From an uncultured Lachnospiraceae bacterium (GTDB taxonomy: Bacteria > Bacillota > Clostridia > Lachnospirales > Lachnospiraceae): DNA of 63,745 nucleotides. Positions 38,165-48,500 of the stretch are shown here, one piece after another. Every line of letters begins with the position of its first letter. Position 1 is the stretch's first letter. The position numbers and the translations under genes were made by a program. Location of the stretch: the NCBI GenBank assembly GCA_905235545.1, contig CAJOMI010000001.1:1-63745 (forward strand). The letters are read 5' to 3'. Under the pieces are notes generated by a model, which had not been told where the DNA came from, did not search any database, and was given only the letters and a program-made list of their open reading frames with translations.

Positions 38165-38464
38165 ATGACGATTAAAGAGATAAAAAAAGAAGGAGAAATT
38201 TTACTTGAAATCACGGGAAGGATTGATACCACAACGGCACCGGAGTTGCAGCAGGCGATATTGATCGCATTTCAAAAGGTAAAGAAACTGGTGATTGATT
38301 TTAAAGCCGTTGAGTACATATCAAGTGCCGGCTTGAGGGCTCTGTTGATCGGAGAGAAAACAGCCAAATCCAAGGGAAGCAGTATGGTCATTACCGGTGC
38401 AAATGATGCTGTAATTGATATATTTAAGGTGACAGGTTTTATCAATATTCTTACATTGGAATAG
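38165..38464 (+). CDS. STAS-domain anti-sigma-factor antagonist (SpoIIAA/RsbV-like)
   Basis: ITGRIDTTTAPELQQ…LVIDFKAVEYISSAGLRALL…MVITGANDAVIDIFKVTGF, with the conserved phosphorylatable Ser in ISSAGL. ATG 38165 follows GGAGGA (alternative TTG 38150). Confidence 0.8.
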   Translation: MTIKEIKKEGEILLEITGRIDTTTAPELQQAILIAFQKVKKLVIDFKAVEYISSAGLRALLIGEKTAKSKGSSMVITGANDAVIDIFKVTGFINILTLE

Positions 38465-38477
38465 GAGATATTACACA

Positions 38478-39578
38478 ATGAAAAAAGGGAAAATAATACT
38501 ACTGAATCTTGTTATAATTGCATATATCGTAACGGTGGCCGGCTGGTTCTTCAATGACGGAAGACTGTTTTATGGCGGATTTGGAACATTCACGGTTGTT
38601 CTCATCGCATTTATGATTGTTGCTATGATAAGGCCGAATACGCACAAGGATTTACAAGAGGAAGAAATCGAGACGGATGATCTTTATGATGACGGAGAGA
38701 AATATGAGGATAATGGTACGGAGGGAGCATTATCCGAAGATTTCGATGCAGCAGATACGTCGTATGAAACATTGGAACAAATATCGGAACGGTTTCGAAA
38801 TGCCAATCGTCACGATGATGATCAGAATGACGAAAATGGCAGTGAAGAATCGCAGGACGGAGAGGAAATTACGGGAGATATCAGTGAAGAGTCGCAGGAC
38901 GAAGAGGAAGGTACGGGAGATTTTAGCGCAGAGTCGCAGAGCGGAGAGGAAGGCACAGGAGATGTCAGTGCTTACCGGATGGCGATTGAAGATCTGAAGG
39001 AAGAACTTGTCGAGGTGCGTGAGGAGCTGGAACGCGCAAACCATGAATTGGCGGAATTACGGTCCAAAGAAAAGGATTCTCGCGAGAGGGGATTGTCCAT
39101 CCTTCCGGAGAGTATGATGCCAAAGGAAGAACTGGACACCATTAATATCGTTGACGTCGCAAAGGGTGTGGCCGATGAACTTCAAACGGATGCTTTTAAG
39201 GCAGGTCTCAGAGTACAGGTTTCCGCCGGAGAGGAACAGATTCTTGTGCGGGCGGATGAAGAACTTCTCCGTGTTTTGTTCCGCAACATTGTGGACAATT
39301 CAATCAAATATATGAATCGTCAGGGGATTCTGGTCATTACACTTTCTACGATAGGTGATGATCTGTTTGTGGTTTTAAAGGATAACGGAGACGGATTAGA
39401 TCCGGAAGAGACAAATCATATTTTTGAGTTAAATTATCAGGGCTCAAACCGAATATCCGGAAACGGTCTTGGACTTGCACAGGCAAAGGCTGTTGTGGAA
39501 TATTATGGTGGAAATATATATGCGAAATCAACGCAGGGTGGCGGTATGGGAATATATATTCAACTGCCGACATCGTGA
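38478..39578 (+). CDS. membrane-anchored HATPase_c protein with acidic repeats and no clear DHp/H-box
   Basis: Two N-terminal TM segments, then an acidic repeat region and a coiled coil. N-box FRNIVDNSIKY, G1 DNGDGL and G2 GNGLGLAQAK follow. Only a weak NHELAEL string sits where an H-box would be, and the DHp second helix seems missing. Confidence 0.6.
   Translation: MKKGKIILLNLVIIAYIVTVAGWFFNDGRLFYGGFGTFTVVLIAFMIVAMIRPNTHKDLQEEEIETDDLYDDGEKYEDNGTEGALSEDFDAADTSYETLEQISERFRNANRHDDDQNDENGSEESQDGEEITGDISEESQDEEEGTGDFSAESQSGEEGTGDVSAYRMAIEDLKEELVEVREELERANHELAELRSKEKDSRERGLSILPESMMPKEELDTINIVDVAKGVADELQTDAFKAGLRVQVSAGEEQILVRADEELLRVLFRNIVDNSIKYMNRQGILVITLSTIGDDLFVVLKDNGDGLDPEETNHIFELNYQGSNRISGNGLGLAQAKAVVEYYGGNIYAKSTQGGGMGIYIQLPTS
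38844..38972 (+). repeat. three 42-45-bp in-frame tandem repeats (EESQDGEEITGDIS-like)
   Basis: GA(A/G)(GAA/GAG)TCGCAG(G/A)(A/G)CG(G/A)AGAGGAA… recurs at 38844, 38886 and 38931. Confidence 0.7.
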
Positions 39579-39638
39579 TTGTGCAGAATGGTTTGCAGAA
39601 CTGACTGAGAGGTATGAATTATAACCGGAGGTGAAAAC

Positions 39639-39902
39639 ATGTCATTACTGTATTCGAATCTGTCGGACCGTTTGATGGAAGAGAATCGGCGGGTAAATGC
39701 AGAAAACAAACAAAAAAATGATATTCAGCAGGATCAGGATGAGGATGAGATGGGATATGCCTACGATGAGCCGGTGCATTTTGGATTTCTCAATGAGAAC
39801 AGAGGTATCTTTGTCAATAATGACGATGAGAATGCGCTGAATACGGCTAAAAGTGTATTTGACAAGACAGCAGTCTTTCGAGTAAAGCAGGACGAAGACT
39901 AG
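39639..39902 (+). CDS. small acidic hypothetical protein, 87 aa
   Basis: ORF with a GGAGGTGA RBS, in the same orientation, inside the operon. No family recognised. Confidence 0.4.
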   Translation: MSLLYSNLSDRLMEENRRVNAENKQKNDIQQDQDEDEMGYAYDEPVHFGFLNENRGIFVNNDDENALNTAKSVFDKTAVFRVKQDED

Positions 39903-39969
39903 ATGAACATAGCAATAACAGGATAATGTAATGATCGGTCAGATCAATATGAGATGAGGAGATGGAAGA

Positions 39970-42465
39970 TTGGCAGGTAGAAAGAAAAAAACGGATGAAA
40001 TGGAAGAACAGAATGTAGCGTTGGCGGAAACAAAGGGTACGAATGTTAAGAAGAAGTCGGATTCCGATGTGGAAGTGACGGGTGAAGAAAAGAAAAGAAC
40101 GCAAAGACCTTCTACGATAGACGGGAAGAAAGTCTGCGCATTTACGGGCTATGATGAATATATGCGGCATGTATTCCACTGTGTGAACACATGCCTTTCC
40201 GCATATTTGGAGAATATGAAGTTCACCTTTTCAAACGGACAGGGCGGATATAAAAACGTGCTCTATCCGGATTTGGAGATTGCTTCCGATTCCTGTAATG
40301 AGCAGATCATGAAATACGAGCAGATGTATGGGGAGCAGGAGGAAGTGGAAAAAGAGTATACGGAAAAAACAGGGGGAAAAGAAGAATTCGATGAGGATTT
40401 CCTTTCTCTGCTTGACGCATTTTCTGAGACTTCCGACAATGGGCAGGAAGAAAATTCAAAGAGCAACAAGAAATCTTCTGCCTCCGGTTCAAGCAAGGCA
40501 TTTGATGTGTTAGCACGTCTTGAATGGATATCGGCATGTGCGGAACGCACTGCGGAAAACGGAGTAAGGATGCCTTTTTACGAGCTTACAAAGAAGCTTG
40601 AAATGAGTCCTTTTGCAATGTTTACCTTTGCGAGTGGTGTGCTTTCTTCCACACAGACGGATTATGCCGGTATCTTCCAGATTGTGAATGAGAACGGCGG
40701 TCTCTCTTCTCCGACGATAGAAAGTGCGGCCAAAATCTTTTTCGGCCCCAATTATTCAATAACAGGGGCATACGGTGAGATGAGTGAATGCCTTGAAGTA
40801 TTGCTGCCAATCCTGGATCTTAGGGTAGTTTCCAGTATGCCGTTTTCCACGGTAATTTCTCCGGATAAGCGTATTATCGACTATTTGTTCGGCAAAGATC
40901 CTATGCGCCTTGATGAAAATTATATTCGTTTTTTCAAAATGCTTACGAATGATGAGGAACTGGATCCCATTATGGCGAATGATGGTCAACTTGAGGCAAT
41001 GAAAATATCCTACGGTGAGGGTGTCCGTATTTTCTCCTATTATGGAGACGAAGGAAGCGGAAGAAAGTTCTTTATACGTCATTTCTGCAAAGAAAACGAC
41101 CTTGGTGCGATATCGATCAATTGCAAGAAGTTGTTTGTATATGACTTTAATTTTGTGGAAAAGGCTCTGTGGGCAGTGACAAGAGAGTGTATCTTAACCA
41201 ATTCCTGCTGCTGTCTGGATGAGCTTACCTTTAGAGAGGATGAGAAGGAAAAATTCTACGGCTACATGGATCTGGCATTTGCAAAGCTTACGCAAAAGAA
41301 GATACTGGTATTTGCCATTAGCCGTGAGAAGTTAGCCATGAGAGATATTACCAAAGAAGAGGTGACGGAACTTGAGATACCGACCCCTACCAATGAGGAA
41401 CGCGAGAAATGCTGGAATTATTTTTCGGAAAAGTATGCGCTTGATAAGGATGTGGATAAGTTGGAGATGGCGACCAAGTTCCTTTTTACACCGGGTAAGA
41501 TCAAGTCCGCACTTCACAGTGCCAGAAGTCTTGCAACCATGAACAAGGAGATATTGATTTCACGCGCTACTCTGTTCCAGGGTTGTTACGGTCAGATGAG
41601 TTCGGAACTTACCCAGAAAGCTACTAAGATAAAGGCGAACTTTGGTTTTGAGGATATCGTTATGAATCGTGATCAGCGTGAGACGCTGGAGCATGCGATC
41701 GATCAGATGAACTTTAGAAAACAGGTATATGACGGTTGGCACTATACCAAGAAGTATCCATACGGACGAGGACTTTCAATTCTTCTGTTCGGAGCACCCG
41801 GTACCGGTAAATCCATGTGTGCCCAGGTTATCGCGCATGAACTGAATCTTGAACTTTACAGAGTCGATCTTTCAAAGGTTATTGATAAATACGTCGGTGA
41901 GACTGAAAAGTCTATTTCCATGATCTTTCGAGAGGCAAAGAAATGTAATGTCGTGTTGTTCTTTGATGAGTGTGATACCCTGTTTGCGAAGCGTTCCGAT
42001 GATGGAGGATCCAATCAGGCGTCCAACAATAATAAGACTGCTTTGCTGCTGCAGGAGGTTGAGGGATATGACGGTGTGTCTGTGCTTGCCACGAACTACA
42101 AGCATAATATAGATCCTGCGTTCTTCAGACGTATGAAATATATTGTAGAGTTCCAGTTCCCGGATGTGGACACGAGGGAGATGCTCTGGAACACTACGAT
42201 ACCGAAAGACACTCCTTTGGCCGATGATGTGGATATCCGATATCTGGCTGAAAAGTACGAGCTGGTTGGTGGTAATATCAAGAACTGTATACTGAATGCC
42301 GCTTTTCTGGCCGCAGCAGATCCTGAAGCCGAAGGAAAGGTACACATGGTACACTACCTGCAGGCTGTCAAATACGAGTTTGTTAAGGTTGGTAAAGTAT
42401 TTACACGTTCCGATTTTGAGCCTTATGCAGACCTGATCTTCGGAAAACAGGGCAGCCTGATATGA
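39970..42465 (+). CDS. Afp15-like CIS AAA+ ATPase, copy 1 (831 aa)
   Basis: The C-terminal AAA module has Walker A LLFGAPGTGKS, Walker B VVLFFDECD, and VLATNYKHNIDPAFFRRM. The N-terminal region is long and non-ATPase. TTG start after GAGGAG (alternative ATG 40000). Confidence 0.8.
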   Translation: MAGRKKKTDEMEEQNVALAETKGTNVKKKSDSDVEVTGEEKKRTQRPSTIDGKKVCAFTGYDEYMRHVFHCVNTCLSAYLENMKFTFSNGQGGYKNVLYPDLEIASDSCNEQIMKYEQMYGEQEEVEKEYTEKTGGKEEFDEDFLSLLDAFSETSDNGQEENSKSNKKSSASGSSKAFDVLARLEWISACAERTAENGVRMPFYELTKKLEMSPFAMFTFASGVLSSTQTDYAGIFQIVNENGGLSSPTIESAAKIFFGPNYSITGAYGEMSECLEVLLPILDLRVVSSMPFSTVISPDKRIIDYLFGKDPMRLDENYIRFFKMLTNDEELDPIMANDGQLEAMKISYGEGVRIFSYYGDEGSGRKFFIRHFCKENDLGAISINCKKLFVYDFNFVEKALWAVTRECILTNSCCCLDELTFREDEKEKFYGYMDLAFAKLTQKKILVFAISREKLAMRDITKEEVTELEIPTPTNEEREKCWNYFSEKYALDKDVDKLEMATKFLFTPGKIKSALHSARSLATMNKEILISRATLFQGCYGQMSSELTQKATKIKANFGFEDIVMNRDQRETLEHAIDQMNFRKQVYDGWHYTKKYPYGRGLSILLFGAPGTGKSMCAQVIAHELNLELYRVDLSKVIDKYVGETEKSISMIFREAKKCNVVLFFDECDTLFAKRSDDGGSNQASNNNKTALLLQEVEGYDGVSVLATNYKHNIDPAFFRRMKYIVEFQFPDVDTREMLWNTTIPKDTPLADDVDIRYLAEKYELVGGNIKNCILNAAFLAAADPEAEGKVHMVHYLQAVKYEFVKVGKVFTRSDFEPYADLIFGKQGSLI

Positions 42466-42569
42466 CAATAGATCAGAGCATTAGGGGGGCAAAATACCTT
42501 TTGACCCCAACATCATGATATAGATACATAATACTTCGTTAATTATTTTTCGGGAAACGGGGGGATAGT

Positions 42570-45500
42570 ATGGATGAAGTCGTATTGTCTGAAGAAGAGA
42601 TAAAAGAGCTGAAAAATCAGATTTTAAATGGTGTAAAAAATGCGAAAGCTCAAAATATAAAAGAAAGAAAACAAAAAATTTACAATGATAATGCAAATTT
42701 GATAAATGATTATCTGAAAAAACAAAGAGAACAGGAAATAGTACGGCGTAATAGAAAAAAGAAGTCCCGGACCGGTGGTAATAAGAATATCCAAAACAAT
42801 TATAATCGGACAGTAAAGAATGATCAGTCGGATAATTCTTTAAAGAATAATTTTATAAAGAAGGAAGAAGAAAAAAGGGAAGAGATCAATAACAGAATAA
42901 AGAAAAGCTTTCCGGAACCGGAAAAAACAGACGAAAATAAGCTTCCTGAGGTAGAAGGCGGGAAGGGTGTATTTGAGTTGCCACAAGATATGGAAATTGA
43001 AAAACAGCCTGAGGAGAAGAATGCAGGACAGGAAGATGAACTTATCTTAGAGATTAATGGAAAAGTGGTAGATATAGAGAATCTTGAGGAGAGAGTTTCC
43101 GCTGTACCGGGAATGGAAGAAGTAGAACAGAATGAAGAAAATGACCGGCAAGGTGACATTGCGGATCATGTGATCAATGAAGTCGGTGCAGCAAAGAATG
43201 AACCGAATAACGAAGTAGAGGAAGAAGCAAAGAATGAACGGAATAACGAAATAGAGGAAGAAGCAAAGAATGAACGGAATAATGAACCGAATAACGAAAT
43301 AGAGGAAGAAGCAAAGAATGAACGGAATAATGAACCGAAGGAAGAAGCAAAGAATGAACGGAATAATGAACCGAATAATGAAGTAGAGGACGCAGCAAAG
43401 AATGAACCGGAAATAGAATACGATGATTTTCTGAGTGGCTTATATTTTGTGCTGACCGGAAAAGAGAAGAGATATACTGCAGTAGAGAGAAATGAGCTTA
43501 TGGACAAAGACGTCGATAAGCGATTGTTATATCACCGTACGATGCAAAAAAAACTGGAACTTGATGCCGTTAACCAGATTAAAAAGGAAAGAAACAAAAA
43601 TGAGTTCAAAGACAAGATAAAAAATTTTGAAGAGAATATGCGGGATACTGACGGAATGAGGCGGATTGACGGTTTTCTTAAGATGGACTATACCATTTTT
43701 GATAACTTCGAAGACATCTATATTGTGTTGAACTTCGAAAAATTGAATAATGCAATTGAACAGTCGGAACATATTTATAAGGATGTGTTACCTTTAGCAG
43801 TCGAGGCCGGAACCATTGACGAGAACACCCGGGTGAATGTTACCGCGCTTGCAATGGCAATCGATGACTACAAGGAATATATGAATTATCGTATCATGAT
43901 AATAGCAGATGAGAATTATACGTTGGCATTAGACGAAGAACCGTTTAGAATGAACGCAGATGACGCTGCAATTTATGAGAGATTAGACAAGTTCACTTCA
44001 GACAATAATCTGAGTGAAAGAAACCTCAATACTTTGATGCACTTTGTTACATATAAGACCGGCATGAACGGTAATGACAAAGGTGATAGAAAAAGGAATC
44101 CTTTGTTTGCCGAACATTTTAATGATGAGAAGAGCAATATGCTTACCCGTATGCAGCAATACGGGTTTAGTGCTGAGGAAAAGGAAGAAAATGTTGATGA
44201 GGATATCGATGAGGATCTCGCTGCGCTTGAACAACAGGTAAAGGCTGAGGATGTTGATCAGGAGGCTGACAGGGAAGCTGCGAATATTCCTGAAGTCCCT
44301 GAGATACTTATTCCTAAGAGAAGAAGACAGCTTAATTATCTTATAACGGGAAATGATATTATGCCACAAGAGTTGCATGAGGGCGAAGAGAAAAACAGAA
44401 GTGACCTTGCGGGCAAGGCAAGAGAGATATATCAGGCGTGGGAGAATATGAATCCTGAACTTTCACTGGAAAGAGCTCTTCTTGATGTGTCCAAGTATGA
44501 GGAACAGGGTTTTATACTTCCGCCTGAGATACTTGAAGTGGTAAGGGCGGGAATCCGACCGGGAGAATCTCTTGAGGTAAGGAAGGCGAATGCAGATACT
44601 TTGGCTGAAGGAATGTATCGTGGAGATAATGAGGATGCTAAGCAACTTCCACATATATTGATCAGCAATTATATGCGGACTGATTTTTCAATATTTGATG
44701 CGCTGGATGATGAAGCAATCGTCAGTCATTACAACGAAGCAAAACGTCTGTTGAATTATGGTCTTTCTCTGCAGGAGCTGTTTTATCAGACAGCTGATAA
44801 TAAAACCTGTCTGCTTTCGCAGGACAGGGCAGATAATTTTTATGCCATTCTCTCCGCACTTAGGGATTATATGGATTACGCCACAATACGTATGGATATC
44901 ATTAGAAGTCCGTTTTATTCCCTGTTTGATGTTGATAAAGAGATTAAGGAACAGGATATTAAGCAGGTTGAGGATGCAGGTAAAGGAGAATATGAGGCAG
45001 ATTTGTTGATGTATATAAAAAAATATGCAGATATTGCTCCGTATATTGAAAAAGTAAAAAGAGGAGGCTTCTATGAACGTGCTTCGGGTTATGGATATGT
45101 TGATATAAATGAGTATCTTGATGAAAATCCGGAAATGCAGGAGAAATTCAGAGAGTATATCACACAGGAAAAGAATATGGAAATGTTTGCTGTACTTCCC
45201 CAACTGGTGGAGTATTATGGGGAGGAGGATGAGACAGCAATAGAAAATATTGCCCGAAGTAACGAATTGCGAATTGAGCGTAATAATTTTAACAATGTTC
45301 AAAAGGTTGTAGGCAGCAATAAGGATTATGATGAAGTGAAGAACGATCCGAAGTATGAAGAACAGACTGCAGGGCGTGAAGCTCTTTCGGAGAGGGCGGT
45401 TGAACTGATCAACAGTCTGAATGTTGAGGAAACGGATGCCAATATATGGCTGGATGAACTTATGGATACTGATGTGAGCATACTCGATAACATGTCTTCC

Positions 45501-48500
45501 GATGAGAAGCTGATAGAGCATTTTGAGGATATATTAAAGCTTACCACCAGATGGAAAATCATCAAGGAGAAGCTTTCCGTATATGATGAACAGGGAATGC
45601 ATATTCCTTCCGAAGACAGGATAAAACTTAAGGGATTACAGGAGATGCTTTCTGACGCACAGGTTTACCTTATATTAAAACTGAATCAGATAAAAAATCC
45701 ATTTTATAAGAATATGCACCTCTCTGACGAGATAGGCAATGAAAATACGGATGTAGAAGCATTTAACAGACGGTTAGAAAAATTCGAGAATGACAATGCG
45801 GAGCTTATGAACTATGTGCAGGCAACAGGGCTTGTTGTCAATTCCGCATTTCTTTCGATGTTTGCCGGCAATGGAAAGAATACGGCAGAGAAATATATTC
45901 AGGCTGTTTCAACTTCAGAGGAAGCAAGAATACAGGAAACAAACCAAAATCGTATATCGAAAATGGCAGATAACTATGCAGCTGTCACTTATCTGTTTGA
46001 CGGAGGAGAGGGACAGATTAACGCAGATATGCGCTTATTTTCTGAGGGATCAGGTAAGCGAGAAGGAAGAACCAAAAAAAGCTTAGAGGCAGTAGACGCG
46101 TATACTGCGTATAACGAAAAAGTTATGGATACTTTTAAGACGGCCAAAGAAAGGTTAAAAGTAATCCGTTATGCAAATTATGATATCGATCCTAAGATCA
46201 TCAACGGAATTTATACAATGTTAAAGATCGGAGGTACTGAAGAGGACATCAAGTATAATACAGAGCTCCTTATGAACCTCGGGGCGGAGAATATTAACAC
46301 AAGAGGAGCAGCGTACAAAGAGATGGTAGATAACTTACTCGCTGTTGAGCTATCTAAGTTTGACAGATGCGATGATGAGTATTTTATCGCTAATTATACG
46401 GAGCTTAAGTCTTTAGCGGAACCGGCAATCGCATTGGCCCGGCCGGGAGTGATCAATTCGTTTGCAAAGAACGGATATCGAATATCAGAACAGAAGAAGA
46501 AAAATCTGGTTGCCCTTTCGGATAATATCAAAAAATATATGGACTTTATGGATGCACGTATGAAGGTCATTCAACATCCGCTTTACGAACTCGTATTTCG
46601 GGAGACGGATAACAACAAGGATTTCAAACCTGAGGAATTGAAACAACGGATGTTAAGAGCCGGTCAGATGATGAGTTCAAAAGACAGGGACTATATAGAG
46701 GTTCTTGTGAATGCATTCTCCGTAAGCTTTCCGTTTGCAATGCGTAATATGTCTATGCGGGAACGACTTGAAGCAGACGGTTATAAAACTCCGGAGGGAG
46801 GAGCTTATGATGAGGATATCGCCGGTAATGAGGCTTATCAGCAAGAGATTGCAGACGATCATATAATAAAAGAGACAGTGGAGCTTCGGACAGAGCAGTT
46901 CGTTACCAATGTGCTCAAAGAACTTGGCACGGGTGATGGAAAGCAGAGTTTGGAGGATTATGAGAAGCAGAACGCTGACAGGGAGAAGAGAAAAACACTT
47001 TCCGAGAAAATGAGAACACTTCCGGAATTCGATAGCGTCGAGCCGGTAATACTTGTAATGGATCTTTTGGCAGGACATGAGGATGTAATTAATGCATTCC
47101 TCTCCATGGATTTTAAGGAACTTGATAATCTTAGTGATGAAACTATCGTTGAAAGATATCAGGATATAGCAGCACTTTGCAGAGTGGATGATCAGGTTCG
47201 TCCGGCGCTTGAAACACTAAGGGCAGATTATAATGATACGAACAAGGATGCGAAGGATAAACCAACAACCACAACAATATCTGCAGTGGTGGGCAGACTG
47301 GAAATGCTGAATGATCTGAGAAATTATATGGTGGTTAAGAGATTGGTTATCAGCAATCCACTATATGAGAAGCATTATAATGAGGCTTATCTATCGTATC
47401 ATGAAGATGCGGGTGCTATGCATGATAAGATAGATTCTTTGGAGGGAAAGCTAAGCGAAGATGAGGCGGAATATCTTAGGAATGTTGCAAGTATTATGAG
47501 TAAACCGTTCATGGCAAGATACACCGGCAACGGTAAAACCACGGCTGATGCTTATGGAAAACAGCAGGAAAACGATAACTTTGCAAGAGGCGAGCTGAAA
47601 GATGAAGGTAAAAAGAACGTCATTTTAGATGAGAATGAAAGATCTGCGGGTGAGATTTCCGGTGATCCGGAGGATATCAATACTTCGTTGGCGAATATAG
47701 AGGGAGAACTGGGTTCTAAAGCAATGTCGGAACCGTTGAATGAATTGAAAACATTCACGGAAACTTCCCAATATCAGCAACGGCTCTATAAGAGAGAAAT
47801 GCAAACCAGAAATTTTTCCAAAGATATCAACCATAATATGCAGCCGATCAAGGAACAGATTAAAATAATATTTAATCTGTTAAATGAGGAGATGAATTAC
47901 GGTCATGATGACCAGTTTGCTGAAGAATTGGATTTGCTACTCAATCATTTTGAGGTATTGGGTGTATTATGCAGTCAGTATCTGACCGGTACGCGAAACA
48001 AAACGTCGGATGATATGAATCAGGCTGCGATCAGAAAGGTGCGAAGGATCAGAGATATTGCCCATTATGCATATACCCAGACATACACCAGTGCGCGCAT
48101 GAGCCGTATATATTTCAGACAGCAGGATATATCCGGAAGAAGAGTTCCATGGATCAATATGTATCACTATGCGGAGCAACCTATTGTATGGGAACAGGGA
48201 TTGGTTCCATATACAGAGATCAATAAAGAAGAAATATCGGCGATAAAAGGTGAGAAGAAACCAAGGACCAGGCTTAAGGAATTTACACCTGAGGATAATT
48301 CTTTTGTGAAGATCGAACACTGGATGACAATATTTTCCGAATGCAAGCCAGACTATGTCAATGCGATTGACCGTGAGCTGTCCATTAAAGACATGGAAAA
48401 GATTGAGAAGCTGGTAAACACTGTAAATATGCGGACAAATCAGGGGCTTCCGGATGATTCGAGGGATTTTATCCGGGCATGTGATGATATGATACATTCC

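Noticed and set aside
39580-39600. Direct repeat TGTGCAGAA-N3-TTTGCAGAA in the gap before the 87-aa ORF, superficially like the regulon motif.
   Set aside because: The phasing is 12 bp rather than 11, the hexamer differs (TGCAGA versus TGTGAC), and no -10-like hexamer lies at the fixed N10 distance. It is insufficient to count as a sixth site.
42485-42508. Hairpin GGGGGCAAAA-TACC-TTTTGACCCC between ATPase copy 1 and the giant gene, a possible terminator or attenuator.
   Set aside because: It has only a 9-bp stem with one mismatch, and no T-tract follows it (the next bases are AACATCATG). That is not convincing as an intrinsic terminator.
43191-43410. Regularly spaced short repeats that might suggest a CRISPR array.
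   Set aside because: The repeats are directly tandem with no unique spacers, in-frame within a 6.2-kb ORF, and no cas genes are nearby.
43166-43507. 113-aa minus-strand S/F-rich repeat ORF, plus a nested 74-aa ORF.
   Set aside because: It is the antisense image of the AKNERNNE tandem repeats in the giant gene and is not an independent gene.
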